This document shows positions 27,212 through 35,582 of a DNA stretch of 46,531 nt, in pieces (the first letter of the stretch is position 1; each line of letters starts with the position of its first letter). Position numbers and translations under genes: made by a program. Under the pieces are notes generated by a model. It had not been told where the DNA came from and ran no database searches. It saw nothing but the letters and a program-made list of their open reading frames with translations. The DNA comes from Candidatus Woesearchaeota archaeon (GTDB taxonomy: Archaea; Nanobdellota; Nanobdellia; Pacearchaeales; GW2011-AR1). The stretch covers positions 1 to 46,531 of the forward strand of contig CAZGSA010000001.1 of NCBI GenBank assembly GCA_964528215.1, written 5' to 3'.

Positions 27212-27783
27212 TTTCTAAATCTCCTTATCTTTTCTTTAATAACCTCTATCTCATTCTCATCCAATTTATTTTTATATATTATCCTAAGATGTTTTGCATC
27301 TTCAACATCCTTATCTGAACCTAAATATTCCTCTTTAAATGCAATATTTGATTCTATGGTTGAAAAATAAACCTCAACTTCAGTAAGAGGAAGTTTGATT
27401 CTATTTTTAATTTGTTCTCTATCCAATTCATCTTTTGGAAATTTGATTTCCATTTCTGGTGGAAAATAGCCCTCTTCGTCCTCCACATATCTTACACTAT
27501 CTCCTTTATTAAGATAATCCACATAGATTACTTCTGGTTTTTCTGATTGCATGCAAGTAAATCCTTTTTCTTTTAGTTCTCTGTGCATTTTTAAAAATTC
27601 TTTTTCAGACATTTTTTCAATAATCATATCAATATCCTCAGTCCCTCTTGTCCTGCCATGAGCAATAGCAACAAAACCAGAACAGATAATATACCTCGCA
27701 TATTTATCAATAACTTCACAAAAGTCCTCTACAAATTTATCCAAAATGGTTCTATTATCTACTCTTCTTTCAAACTTTTCCAT
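27208..27783 (-). CDS. Minimal nucleotidyltransferase-fold protein (MNT/AbiEii-like)
   Basis: 191-aa ORF. SGFVAIAHGRTRGTEDIDMII fits the G-x(n)-D-x-D NTase signature. Confidence 0.6.
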   Translation of the reverse strand: MEKFERRVDNRTILDKFVEDFCEVIDKYARYIICSGFVAIAHGRTRGTEDIDMIIEKMSEKEFLKMHRELKEKGFTCMQSEKPEVIYVDYLNKGDSVRYVEDEEGYFPPEMEIKFPKDELDREQIKNRIKLPLTEVEVYFSTIESNIAFKEEYLGSDKDVEDAKHLRIIYKNKLDENEIEVIKEKIRRFRK

Positions 27784-27885
27784 AATATACTTAACTTCAA
27801 TATCTATATAATATTTTCTATAGAAAATTTTAGTAAACCTTCTTTAAAGATTTTCCCTTTACAATAAATTTAAAAATAAAAAATA

Positions 27886-28013
27886 GGAGCTTAGTTCTAA
27901 GAATCACCTTAATAGGTCCTTGGTTAGTTGGAAGAAAGTGATATTTTTTACTAACAGTTACAATTTTATGACCTATTTTAGCAACACCACTACAATACAT
28001 ATATAGTGTGGGC
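27886..28013 (-). ncRNA. Truncated tRNA-like element 2 (more degenerate; possible pseudogene)
   Basis: GCCCACAC...GTGGTGTTGC, then an unrelated hairpin (AATAGGTC at 27911-27918 pairs with GACCTATT at 27970-27977), then ...CTAAGCTCC followed by a T-tract. Shares the 21-nt promoter motif with element 1. Confidence 0.5.
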
Positions 28014-28032
28014 TTATTCTAGATTAATAAAA

Positions 28033-28053
28033 ATTTTAAGAATTTAAAGGTTT
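28033..28053 (-). promoter_or_regulatory. Conserved BRE/TATA-like promoter motif of tRNA-like element 2
   Basis: Identical 21-mer attttaagaatttaaaggttt, 20 nt upstream of the element's 5' end. Confidence 0.5.
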
Positions 28054-28110
28054 ACGCCCTAATATTTTCATTACATAAATTTTATATAATCTATTTAATA
28101 TATAACTATT

Positions 28111-28311
28111 ATGAACACTCTAAGCAGAACAATCACAGGAACTATTGCAATTATTTTAGGATTATTTTTAATTATACTTAGTATTTTTAAAGAATATTTC
28201 ATATTAATCTATGGAATACCCATTCTTATTATTGGGATTTTTATTCTTTTAAATAAAAAAGAAGATGATATAGAAACTATAAAAACTAAAAGAAAAGGAG
28301 GTGAAAAATAA
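28111..28311 (+). CDS. Small two-TM membrane protein
   Basis: 66-aa ORF. Its stop overlaps the YbjQ start (TAATG). GGAGGTG lies upstream of the next start. Confidence 0.55.
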   Translation: MNTLSRTITGTIAIILGLFLIILSIFKEYFILIYGIPILIIGIFILLNKKEDDIETIKTKRKGGEK

Positions 28312-28634
28312 TGGTAGATATAATTATTACAACTGGAAATGAAATTCCTGAAAAAAAGATTACTAAAATTCTTGGAGTTGTAAGAGGCAGCACTGTAAGG
28401 GCAAGAAATATTGGAAGGGATATTGGAGCTGGATTTAAAAATATTATCGGTGGAGAAGTCAAAACCTATACAGAGATGACAAAACAATCAAGAGATGAAG
28501 CATTTAATAGAATGGTTAATGAAGCCTTGGATTTAAAGGCTGATGCAGTTATTGGTGTTAGATTTACAACTTCTATGGTAATGGCAGGAGCTTCTGAAAT
28601 GCTTGCATATGGAACTGCAATTAAAATTAGTTAA
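28311..28634 (+). CDS. YbjQ/UPF0145 family protein
   Basis: 107-aa ORF. ILGVVRGSTVRARNIGRDIGAGFKNIIGGE...AVIGVRF...AYGTAIKI is typical of the family. Confidence 0.85.
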   Translation: MVDIIITTGNEIPEKKITKILGVVRGSTVRARNIGRDIGAGFKNIIGGEVKTYTEMTKQSRDEAFNRMVNEALDLKADAVIGVRFTTSMVMAGASEMLAYGTAIKIS

Positions 28635-28635
28635 T

Positions 28636-28725
28636 TTATTTCTTTAATTTTCTTTGCTTAGATTTTCTACGTTGAGCTTGCTTACTTCTTGCTTTAATTT
28701 TTCTTGTTACCCTATTTCTTGGCAT
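28636..28725 (-). CDS. 29-aa highly basic peptide (not in ORF track)
   Basis: MPRNRVTRKIKARSKQAQRRKSKQRKLKK. The ATG is preceded by AGGAGGAAAA. Lies directly downstream of tRNA-like element 3 on the same strand. Confidence 0.4.
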   Translation of the reverse strand: MPRNRVTRKIKARSKQAQRRKSKQRKLKK

Positions 28726-28776
28726 TTTTCCTCCTAAATTAAATTATTTTTAATTATTATTAATATTTTCTACTAT

Positions 28777-28953
28777 GGGCTCACTTTTGTACCCTTATTA
28801 GCAACCTTACTTCCCAAAGCAATTTCTTATTTTATCTATTTACTAAATACTAAAATTGCTTTTGCTCTACTCCCCAAAACAATTTCTTATTTTATCTATT
28901 TACTAAATACTAAAATTGCTTTTGCTCAACAATAACCATTATGCGATGCGGGC
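28777..28953 (-). ncRNA. Truncated tRNA-Ser-like element 3 with duplicated hairpin module (possible pseudogene)
   Basis: GCCCGCATCGCATAATGGTTATTGTT, then two 60-nt modules, then AGGTTGCTAATAAGGGTACAAAAGTGAGCCC. No T-arm or 3' acceptor strand. TATA-like tttaaa lies 28-33 nt upstream. Confidence 0.6.
28808..28927 (-). repeat. Tandem 2 x 60-nt hairpin module
   Basis: Units 28808-28867 and 28868-28927 differ at 2 positions. Homologous to 26865-26924. Confidence 0.85.
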
Positions 28954-29054
28954 TTATAGAAATATATAATATTTTATGATTTTAAATGTTTGTGTTTTAA
29001 ACATTTTTTCTACACAAGATTTAAAAAATAATTTATCTTAATCATCTTAATTTT

Positions 29055-30452
29055 ATGGAAATTAAATCACAAAAAGAGGCGGTTGAAAAACTTAGAGAAA
29101 AGACTAAGAAAATAAGCATAATTGAAGCAAGTGCCTATAGTGTTCATGAAGGTTTTGGTATAAAATACATAACCCCCTTTGCACTTGCAATTGGAAAAAA
29201 TAATCCTCAGATAAACACATTTATAGGTTTATTGACTTCTATTCCTTCTTTAATAGGAAATCTTTCACAACTCTTTACAATAAAGGCAATTGAAAATCAT
29301 AGGAGAAAGAATATACTAACCCTAGGGATTATTCTCCAGGCAATCATGTGGTGGGGAGTAATCTTTGCAGGAAGCTTGTTTTTTATTTTTAAACTTAATT
29401 CAAGTGTTGCTTTGACAGCCCTAATCCTGTTTTATACATTGCTTATTTTAATGGGTGCATTTGTAGGTCCTGCATGGGTATCTCTAATGAAAGAGATTGT
29501 TACTGATAAAGAAGGAAGTTATTTTGGAAACAGAAATAGGATTGCAGGAATCTTTGCAATAATCTCTGCATTGATTGCAGGATATCTTTTAGATTACCTA
29601 ACAACTAAGGATTTGTTCTTGGGATTTGTAATCCTATTTTTAATAGCTTTCCTCTTTAGATTTATTTCCGGGTTGCTCTTCACTATTCATTATGAGCCTA
29701 AACTAGAGTTTGATAAATCAAACTATTTTAGCTTTTACAAGTTTATAAAAAAGATTCCAAGTAGTAATTTTGGGAAGTTCAGTCTTTTTATCTCTTTATT
29801 TATCCTTGCAACTTCTATTGCTTCACCATTTTTTTCAGTTTATATGTTAAGAGACCTTGGGTTTAATTACTCAACCTGGATGATAATAACCTTGGCAGGA
29901 CCTTTATCTTCACTTTTTTTTATGCCAATGTGGGGATATTTTGCCGACAAGTTTGGAAATATTAAAATATTAAAAATAACAGGGTTAGTAATACCCACTA
30001 TTCCTATCTTATGGATTTTTTCAATCTTTTTTAATAACTCTTTTTACCTCTTGTTCTATCTAATAATCTTGGAATTCTTCTCAGGCTTTTTATGGGCAGG
30101 ATTTAATCTATCTTACGCAAACTTTATCTATGATGCAGTTACAAAGCAGAAGACAGCTCTTTGTTCAGCTTATTTTAATATTCTTCAAGGATTTGGAGTT
30201 TTTATAGGAGCAACATTAGGAGGATTTATATCTTCATTAAATATTTTTATTTTTGGTCTCAGTTCATTACTGTTTGTCTTTGCACTATCAGGTATAGCCA
30301 GATTTTTATCCTACATCCTGATTATATTTAGGATTAAAGAGATAAGAGATGTTAAACCTTTCAGGCTAGAAGAATTAAAGAAAATTCATATAAAACCTTT
30401 CCTAGATATTTTCAATCTTAAGATAATCCATCCAAGACCAAATGGGAATTAA
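29055..30452 (+). CDS. MFS-type transporter
   Basis: 465-aa ORF with about 12 hydrophobic helices arranged in two halves. Confidence 0.7.
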   Translation: MEIKSQKEAVEKLREKTKKISIIEASAYSVHEGFGIKYITPFALAIGKNNPQINTFIGLLTSIPSLIGNLSQLFTIKAIENHRRKNILTLGIILQAIMWWGVIFAGSLFFIFKLNSSVALTALILFYTLLILMGAFVGPAWVSLMKEIVTDKEGSYFGNRNRIAGIFAIISALIAGYLLDYLTTKDLFLGFVILFLIAFLFRFISGLLFTIHYEPKLEFDKSNYFSFYKFIKKIPSSNFGKFSLFISLFILATSIASPFFSVYMLRDLGFNYSTWMIITLAGPLSSLFFMPMWGYFADKFGNIKILKITGLVIPTIPILWIFSIFFNNSFYLLFYLIILEFFSGFLWAGFNLSYANFIYDAVTKQKTALCSAYFNILQGFGVFIGATLGGFISSLNIFIFGLSSLLFVFALSGIARFLSYILIIFRIKEIRDVKPFRLEELKKIHIKPFLDIFNLKIIHPRPNGN

Positions 30453-30539
30453 GGTATTTTAAAGATTTGTGTTTTAAATGCCATCAGATTTAAACAAATT
30501 TTCCATAAGACTTATATACTAATTTTTGTTAATTAAAAT

Positions 30540-30893
30540 ATGAAAAAGGTGATATTATTTTTATTAGTAGGAATATTTCTTATGAGTTTTGTAGTTGCAC
30601 AAGGACAAGGAATTCACAATCCTGGAACAGGAATTGAAAATCCAGAGATTAAAGAAGCAGGACAAGGAACTGGACAAGGATTAGAAACAGATACTCAAAA
30701 TCAAGGGTTAGATACTAATTTACAAAATCAAATCAGAGTTAGAGATGGAGATTATATAGGAGAAAAAGGACAACAAATAAAAATCCAGAAACAATCAAAT
30801 AATAGAGTAAGATTAGAAGTTGGTGGAATTGGGGTAAATTGTGATTGCAATATGACTCAGGAACAAATTCAGAATAAAACAAAATGGAAATAA
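30540..30893 (+). pseudogene. Truncated copy of the secreted Gln/Gly-rich protein gene, cut by the duplication junction
   Basis: Identical to 40520-41179 up to ...QIQNKT. It then reads KWK-stop across the junction, giving 117 aa instead of 219 aa. Confidence 0.85.
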
Positions 30894-32425
30894 ATGAATT
30901 TTGGAAAGAAAAAGAAAAAAATATCATTCTTCATAACAATAAAATGAATATTATTGAATCTTGTATAGATAGACACTCTCAAAAAACACCAGACAAAATA
31001 GCTTTATTTTTTAAAGATGAAACCAATGAAATAAAATATACTTATAGGCAATTGCAAGAGGAAATAAGCAAGTTTTCAAATTTATTAAATTCATTAGAAA
31101 TTAAAAAGAATTCAAGAATATTTATCTTTCTTCCAAAAATACCAGAATTATATATTAATTTTCTAGGCACAATTAAACAAGGAAGCATAGCAATACCTTT
31201 ATTTGAAGCTTTTCAAGAACAAGGATTAGAACTAAGACTAAAAAAAGGAGATGCAGAGGTTTTAATAACAAACAAAGAACTCTTAAAAAGAGTCTCAAAA
31301 GATATAAAACAAAAAATTCCTTCTTTAAAACATATTTTAGTTGTAGATTCTGAAGATTATAAAAATAAGATAAAAGAGCAAGCATTAGAATTTAAAACAG
31401 TTTTAAAAGAAAAACAAGATACAAGTTTAATGATTTTCACATCTTCAACAGCAGGAACTCCTGTTGCAGGAATAGAAATTTCTCACTATGCACTAGTTCA
31501 ACAGTATTTTACAGCAGAATTTGCTCTAGGGTTAAATAAAGATTCTAACTATTGGTGCACAGCACATCCAGGATGGGTTACTGGAAGCATCTATGGGATA
31601 ATAGCCCCACTATCTATTGGATGTTCTATTTTTATTCTAGAACAGCATTTTGATGCTAAAAAATGGATTGAATTTGCAAATAATAATAAAATTAATATTC
31701 TCTATACTGCACCTACTGCACTAAGATTGTTAAAACCAGTTATTAAAAAACAAGATTTAAAATTTGTAGAAAAAATAAATTCAGTTGGAGAAGCACTTAC
31801 AAAAGCAACATTTGATTTTTATAATGATTTAGGGATTAAAATAACAGATACTTATTGGCAGACAGAAACAGGGGCAATTGTTATTGCAAATACAGAACAT
31901 AAATATGCAAGTATGGGAAAACCAATCCCAGGTATAACTGCTGAAATTAAGGATAATGCAATTGCCTTAAAACCTGATTTCCCATCACTAATGACAGGGA
32001 TTTATAAACATCCTAAAATGTTTGATAGTTATTTTAAAGACAATTGGTTTAAAACAAATGATAATGCAACCCTAGAAAATGGATATTTCTTTTTTATAGG
32101 CAGAGGAGATGATATTATTAAAACTTCTGGAGAAAGAGTAAGCCCTATTGAAATAGAATCTATTTTAATGAAACATAAATCAGTTCATGAAGCAGCAGTC
32201 ATAGGAGTTCCAGATAAAATTAAAGGAAGTATTTTAAAAGCATTTATTGTTTTGAATTCAAACATTAAACAAACTAAAGAATTAAAAGAAGAGCTAAGCA
32301 TGTTTGTAAAAGAGAATTATGCAGGTCATTCTTATCCCAAACAGATTCAATTTATAGAATCTCTTCCAAAAACAAATTCTGGCAAAATTATAAGAATGGA
32401 ATTAAGAAATCTTGAAAAATCTTAA
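30884..32425 (+). CDS. AMP-forming acyl-CoA synthetase family enzyme (copy 2)
   Basis: Translation identical to 20904-22445. Only 15 nt of the native upstream sequence are retained. Confidence 0.85.
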   Translation: MEINEFWKEKEKNIILHNNKMNIIESCIDRHSQKTPDKIALFFKDETNEIKYTYRQLQEEISKFSNLLNSLEIKKNSRIFIFLPKIPELYINFLGTIKQGSIAIPLFEAFQEQGLELRLKKGDAEVLITNKELLKRVSKDIKQKIPSLKHILVVDSEDYKNKIKEQALEFKTVLKEKQDTSLMIFTSSTAGTPVAGIEISHYALVQQYFTAEFALGLNKDSNYWCTAHPGWVTGSIYGIIAPLSIGCSIFILEQHFDAKKWIEFANNNKINILYTAPTALRLLKPVIKKQDLKFVEKINSVGEALTKATFDFYNDLGIKITDTYWQTETGAIVIANTEHKYASMGKPIPGITAEIKDNAIALKPDFPSLMTGIYKHPKMFDSYFKDNWFKTNDNATLENGYFFFIGRGDDIIKTSGERVSPIEIESILMKHKSVHEAAVIGVPDKIKGSILKAFIVLNSNIKQTKELKEELSMFVKENYAGHSYPKQIQFIESLPKTNSGKIIRMELRNLEKS

Positions 32426-32558
32426 ATCAGATTTTTCAGATAAAAAATAGTCTTTTATTGAAGAAAGATTTTTTGAATATGAGAAGGTTGAATTTTACTG
32501 AAAATTATTAATAATAATTTAACGAAAGCTTTTTATATAGTATTTTGTAATATATATT

Positions 32559-33992
32559 ATGAAAAAGTTAGTAATATTGTTAGGAATGTTAATGGTATTA
32601 GTTAGCACTTTAAATTTTGTTCTTGCAACTGAATTTACTGAACCAGGAACTTATGAAATTAAACCAGGAGATACTATAACTTTTAATGATTTAACTGTTC
32701 AAGTTATAGATATAAAAACTAATGATAATAATGTTTCATGGGAGGAAGATTTTGGTAGGGAAATGGTTTATTTGGGTACACCTGGATTAGGTTTTTATGT
32801 TTATGTCGATGAGAAAATGGAACTTGTTAAGGCAAAATATTCTAGTGAGAAACCAATAGCAGTTATTGTAAATTCTATTGATATAGAAAATAAAAAAGCA
32901 GAAGTTCAATTTATTGATAACTATGATGATTGCATATTAGAATATAAGAAGAAATGTCAAGATTCTGATGTTTATTGGGAAGATAGTTGTGGAAGAACTG
33001 GAGAACTTTTAGAAGATTGTGACAGTGAAGGGTGCGAAACAACTTATGGTTCAGGAAAATGTATTAATCAAGGAAGCAATTGTATTCCAAATTATACATC
33101 CTATTGTTATCATTTAGATGCTTATTGGAGAGATAGTTGTGGAAATGAAGGCGGTTTAAAAAAGGACTGTAGAGATGGATGTTTAGAGGGGGAATGTAAA
33201 GAGAATATTTTAATAGAAAAAGATAGCCCAACATGTGGAGATGGAATATGCAATTTTAAGGATTTTGAATCAATTTATATGGGTAGTAAAGATGGACAAG
33301 CACAATTTGAAGGGTGTTTTGAAGACTGTCCAAGTGATATAAATGACCCTCTTGACATGATTGTGGAATATCATATGAGGTATGATTCAGAAGGAAAAAG
33401 AGAGAATTCTGAAGATTATTATTATTTAAGAATAAATAACGAAGGTAATGAAAGAGTAGATATTGCTGATTTAATATTTGTTGTTACTGGAATAGATAGG
33501 GGAATAACCCAATATAATTTGTTCAATGAATTTTCTGGTGAAATTAACTCTGGAGAGAAAAAAGAATTTAAAGTAAAAACTGGCTTTTCGGGCTCTTTGT
33601 CTGAAAGTTTATGTGGAGAAGAATTTTCATTTGCTCTAAGAAAGAAAGATACTGATAGACTATATCATTTTAATGGTGGTAAATTTTTAAAATGTGTTGA
33701 TTCATATCCTGTAGAACCTGTTGAAAATAAACCTTTAGATATTCCAGAAGTAGATGAAAAGAAATTTTATGATTGTCAAGGTTGTGAATTAGATAAAAAA
33801 TGTTATTCATTTGGATATAGAAAATCAAAAAAATATTGTTCTGATGAGGGAGATTTTAAACTTCAGTTAAAAACAGAAAGTACTTGTGAGAATAACTTTG
33901 AATGTGATAGTAATGTCTGTGTTGATGATAAGTGCGTAAGTGGTAGTTTAATATGGAAGATTATTAACTGGTTTAAAAGATTATTTAGTTAA
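32559..33992 (+). CDS. Secreted cysteine-rich protein (copy 2)
   Basis: Identical to 22579-24012 at +9,980. Confidence 0.7.
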   Translation: MKKLVILLGMLMVLVSTLNFVLATEFTEPGTYEIKPGDTITFNDLTVQVIDIKTNDNNVSWEEDFGREMVYLGTPGLGFYVYVDEKMELVKAKYSSEKPIAVIVNSIDIENKKAEVQFIDNYDDCILEYKKKCQDSDVYWEDSCGRTGELLEDCDSEGCETTYGSGKCINQGSNCIPNYTSYCYHLDAYWRDSCGNEGGLKKDCRDGCLEGECKENILIEKDSPTCGDGICNFKDFESIYMGSKDGQAQFEGCFEDCPSDINDPLDMIVEYHMRYDSEGKRENSEDYYYLRINNEGNERVDIADLIFVVTGIDRGITQYNLFNEFSGEINSGEKKEFKVKTGFSGSLSESLCGEEFSFALRKKDTDRLYHFNGGKFLKCVDSYPVEPVENKPLDIPEVDEKKFYDCQGCELDKKCYSFGYRKSKKYCSDEGDFKLQLKTESTCENNFECDSNVCVDDKCVSGSLIWKIINWFKRLFS

Positions 33993-34092
33993 GATTATTT
34001 TTCTAACCCCTGCCTTTAAAATCAATTCATCATTCTGGATAATTTTTCATATAACCCTGACATTCTTTTGAACTTCTTGTGGTTGATAATTT

Positions 34093-34332
34093 TTATCTTT
34101 TCTTAGAAATCTTTTTAAGATTTCTTGCAAGAATTGCTCTTTCTTCTAAAAGTCTTGTTACTTTAATCTTTTTCTTCCCTATTTTGGTAGGATTAGTAAT
34201 TGTATCTCCAGCCCTTGCATTAATTATTGCATCTAACAAACTAACTGGAATCTTCTTATTATTAGGAATTTCTAATTGTTTATGCAAGGCCCCTTTCTTA
34301 ACCCCTATCTTCTGAATCCATTTTATTGCCAT
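34093..34332 (-). CDS. Small basic protein (copy 2)
   Basis: Identical to 24113-24352 at +9,980. Confidence 0.5.
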   Translation of the reverse strand: MAIKWIQKIGVKKGALHKQLEIPNNKKIPVSLLDAIINARAGDTITNPTKIGKKKIKVTRLLEERAILARNLKKISKKR

Positions 34333-34540
34333 TTTAATTTCATCATTTAGTTATCTAAACTAGTAATTAAATATTTATAAATTTATTGAGATATCAGCAA
34401 ATATCAATAATCTAATGTAAATCTGTTCTCATCAGATAATTGCTAATCATCCACGCAACATAAATAAAAGATATCAGAATCCCAGATTCATAACTTTTCT
34501 TCTAATAGATTATTAACATGTAGCACATCATCAGAATAAA

Positions 34541-35320
34541 TTACCATCTCCAGTTATAAGTTTGTGTTGCAAATTCATATCTTGGTTTGTAATAATAATT
34601 ATCATAATACTTATCTTCACACTCCCACTCTTCACACTCCCAATCAATACATTCATAGTCATAACATCTTCTCCCATAATAAGAACTATAACCAGTATTC
34701 CAGCTAGAACATCTTTTTTCTACACAATTCCATTTCTCGCAAACACAATCTTTATAGTCCTGAGTTTTGTAAGGCTCTTTATATCTCCAGTTTGAGTTAT
34801 AGATAGGAACACTATAATCTGGTTTTTGACTATAATCTTTATAATCCTTTTTAGAATTTCCACTGCCTAATTTTAAAACATACTGGTCTTTTTTTCTATT
34901 ACTTGTATCCCATAAAAAATCCCAATCAATCCAGTTATAATCCTCATATCCATAATCATCCCCCCTATCTTCATATTTTTTATAATCTATCTCAACATCT
35001 CTTTTCTCTTTAATAGAAATTTTCTCTTTTTCATAACCTTCTTTATCCCTTTTTTCATATTCTGCTATTTTCTCATAATCACTTGATTCTTTATAATAAT
35101 CACTATTAGAGTAATCTTTATTATCCCAATTAAGATATATAGACTTAGAATTTCTTAAATTATCTGTGTCACTATATTTATTATAATCTGTAGGAATTCC
35201 ACAATCATAATAATATCCCCCTGTTCCCTTGCATAAATAAGCAGCAACAAAGTTAGTAGAAAATATAACTAGTATTAATCCAATGACTAAAATTAATAGA
35301 GAGAATAGATTTTTATTCAT
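34541..35320 (-). CDS. Secreted Tyr/Asp/Lys-rich protein (copy 2)
   Basis: Identical to 24561-25340 at +9,980. Confidence 0.65.
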   Translation of the reverse strand: MNKNLFSLLILVIGLILVIFSTNFVAAYLCKGTGGYYYDCGIPTDYNKYSDTDNLRNSKSIYLNWDNKDYSNSDYYKESSDYEKIAEYEKRDKEGYEKEKISIKEKRDVEIDYKKYEDRGDDYGYEDYNWIDWDFLWDTSNRKKDQYVLKLGSGNSKKDYKDYSQKPDYSVPIYNSNWRYKEPYKTQDYKDCVCEKWNCVEKRCSSWNTGYSSYYGRRCYDYECIDWECEEWECEDKYYDNYYYKPRYEFATQTYNWRW

Positions 35321-35395
35321 AAAAATAACAAAATTATGAAATATTTAAGCATTATTATATTGCAGGATAATAAGGGAAAAATAATAAAATAAAAA

Positions 35396-35476
35396 CGCCA
35401 CCAGTAGGAATCGAACCTACGAGCCCCGGAGGGCGAAGCTTAGCAAGCTCCTGCAATACCATTATGCGATGGTGGC
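35396..35476 (-). tRNA. tRNA-Ser (anticodon GCU), copy 2
   Basis: Identical to 25416-25496 at +9,980. Confidence 0.9.
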
Positions 35477-35582
35477 TTAGATATTAAGATATTTTACTAT
35501 ATAAAAAGTTAATTGTTACAGATTTTTAAAGTTGATTTTTGTAATAAGTTAATTTTATTAAACCACTTTTCTTCAAAAGACT

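Larger units (their letters stand above)
20889..30868. repeat. Tandem duplication, unit 1 (9,980 bp)
   Basis: All ORF translations and all intergenic stretches I compared are identical to 30869-40848. Identity begins at 20889. Confidence 0.95.

Noticed and set aside
28808-28927. Possible mini-CRISPR array (two 60-nt direct repeats with hairpin potential)
   Set aside because: The two units abut with no spacer. There are only two copies. They lie inside a tRNA-like element, and no cas genes are in the window.
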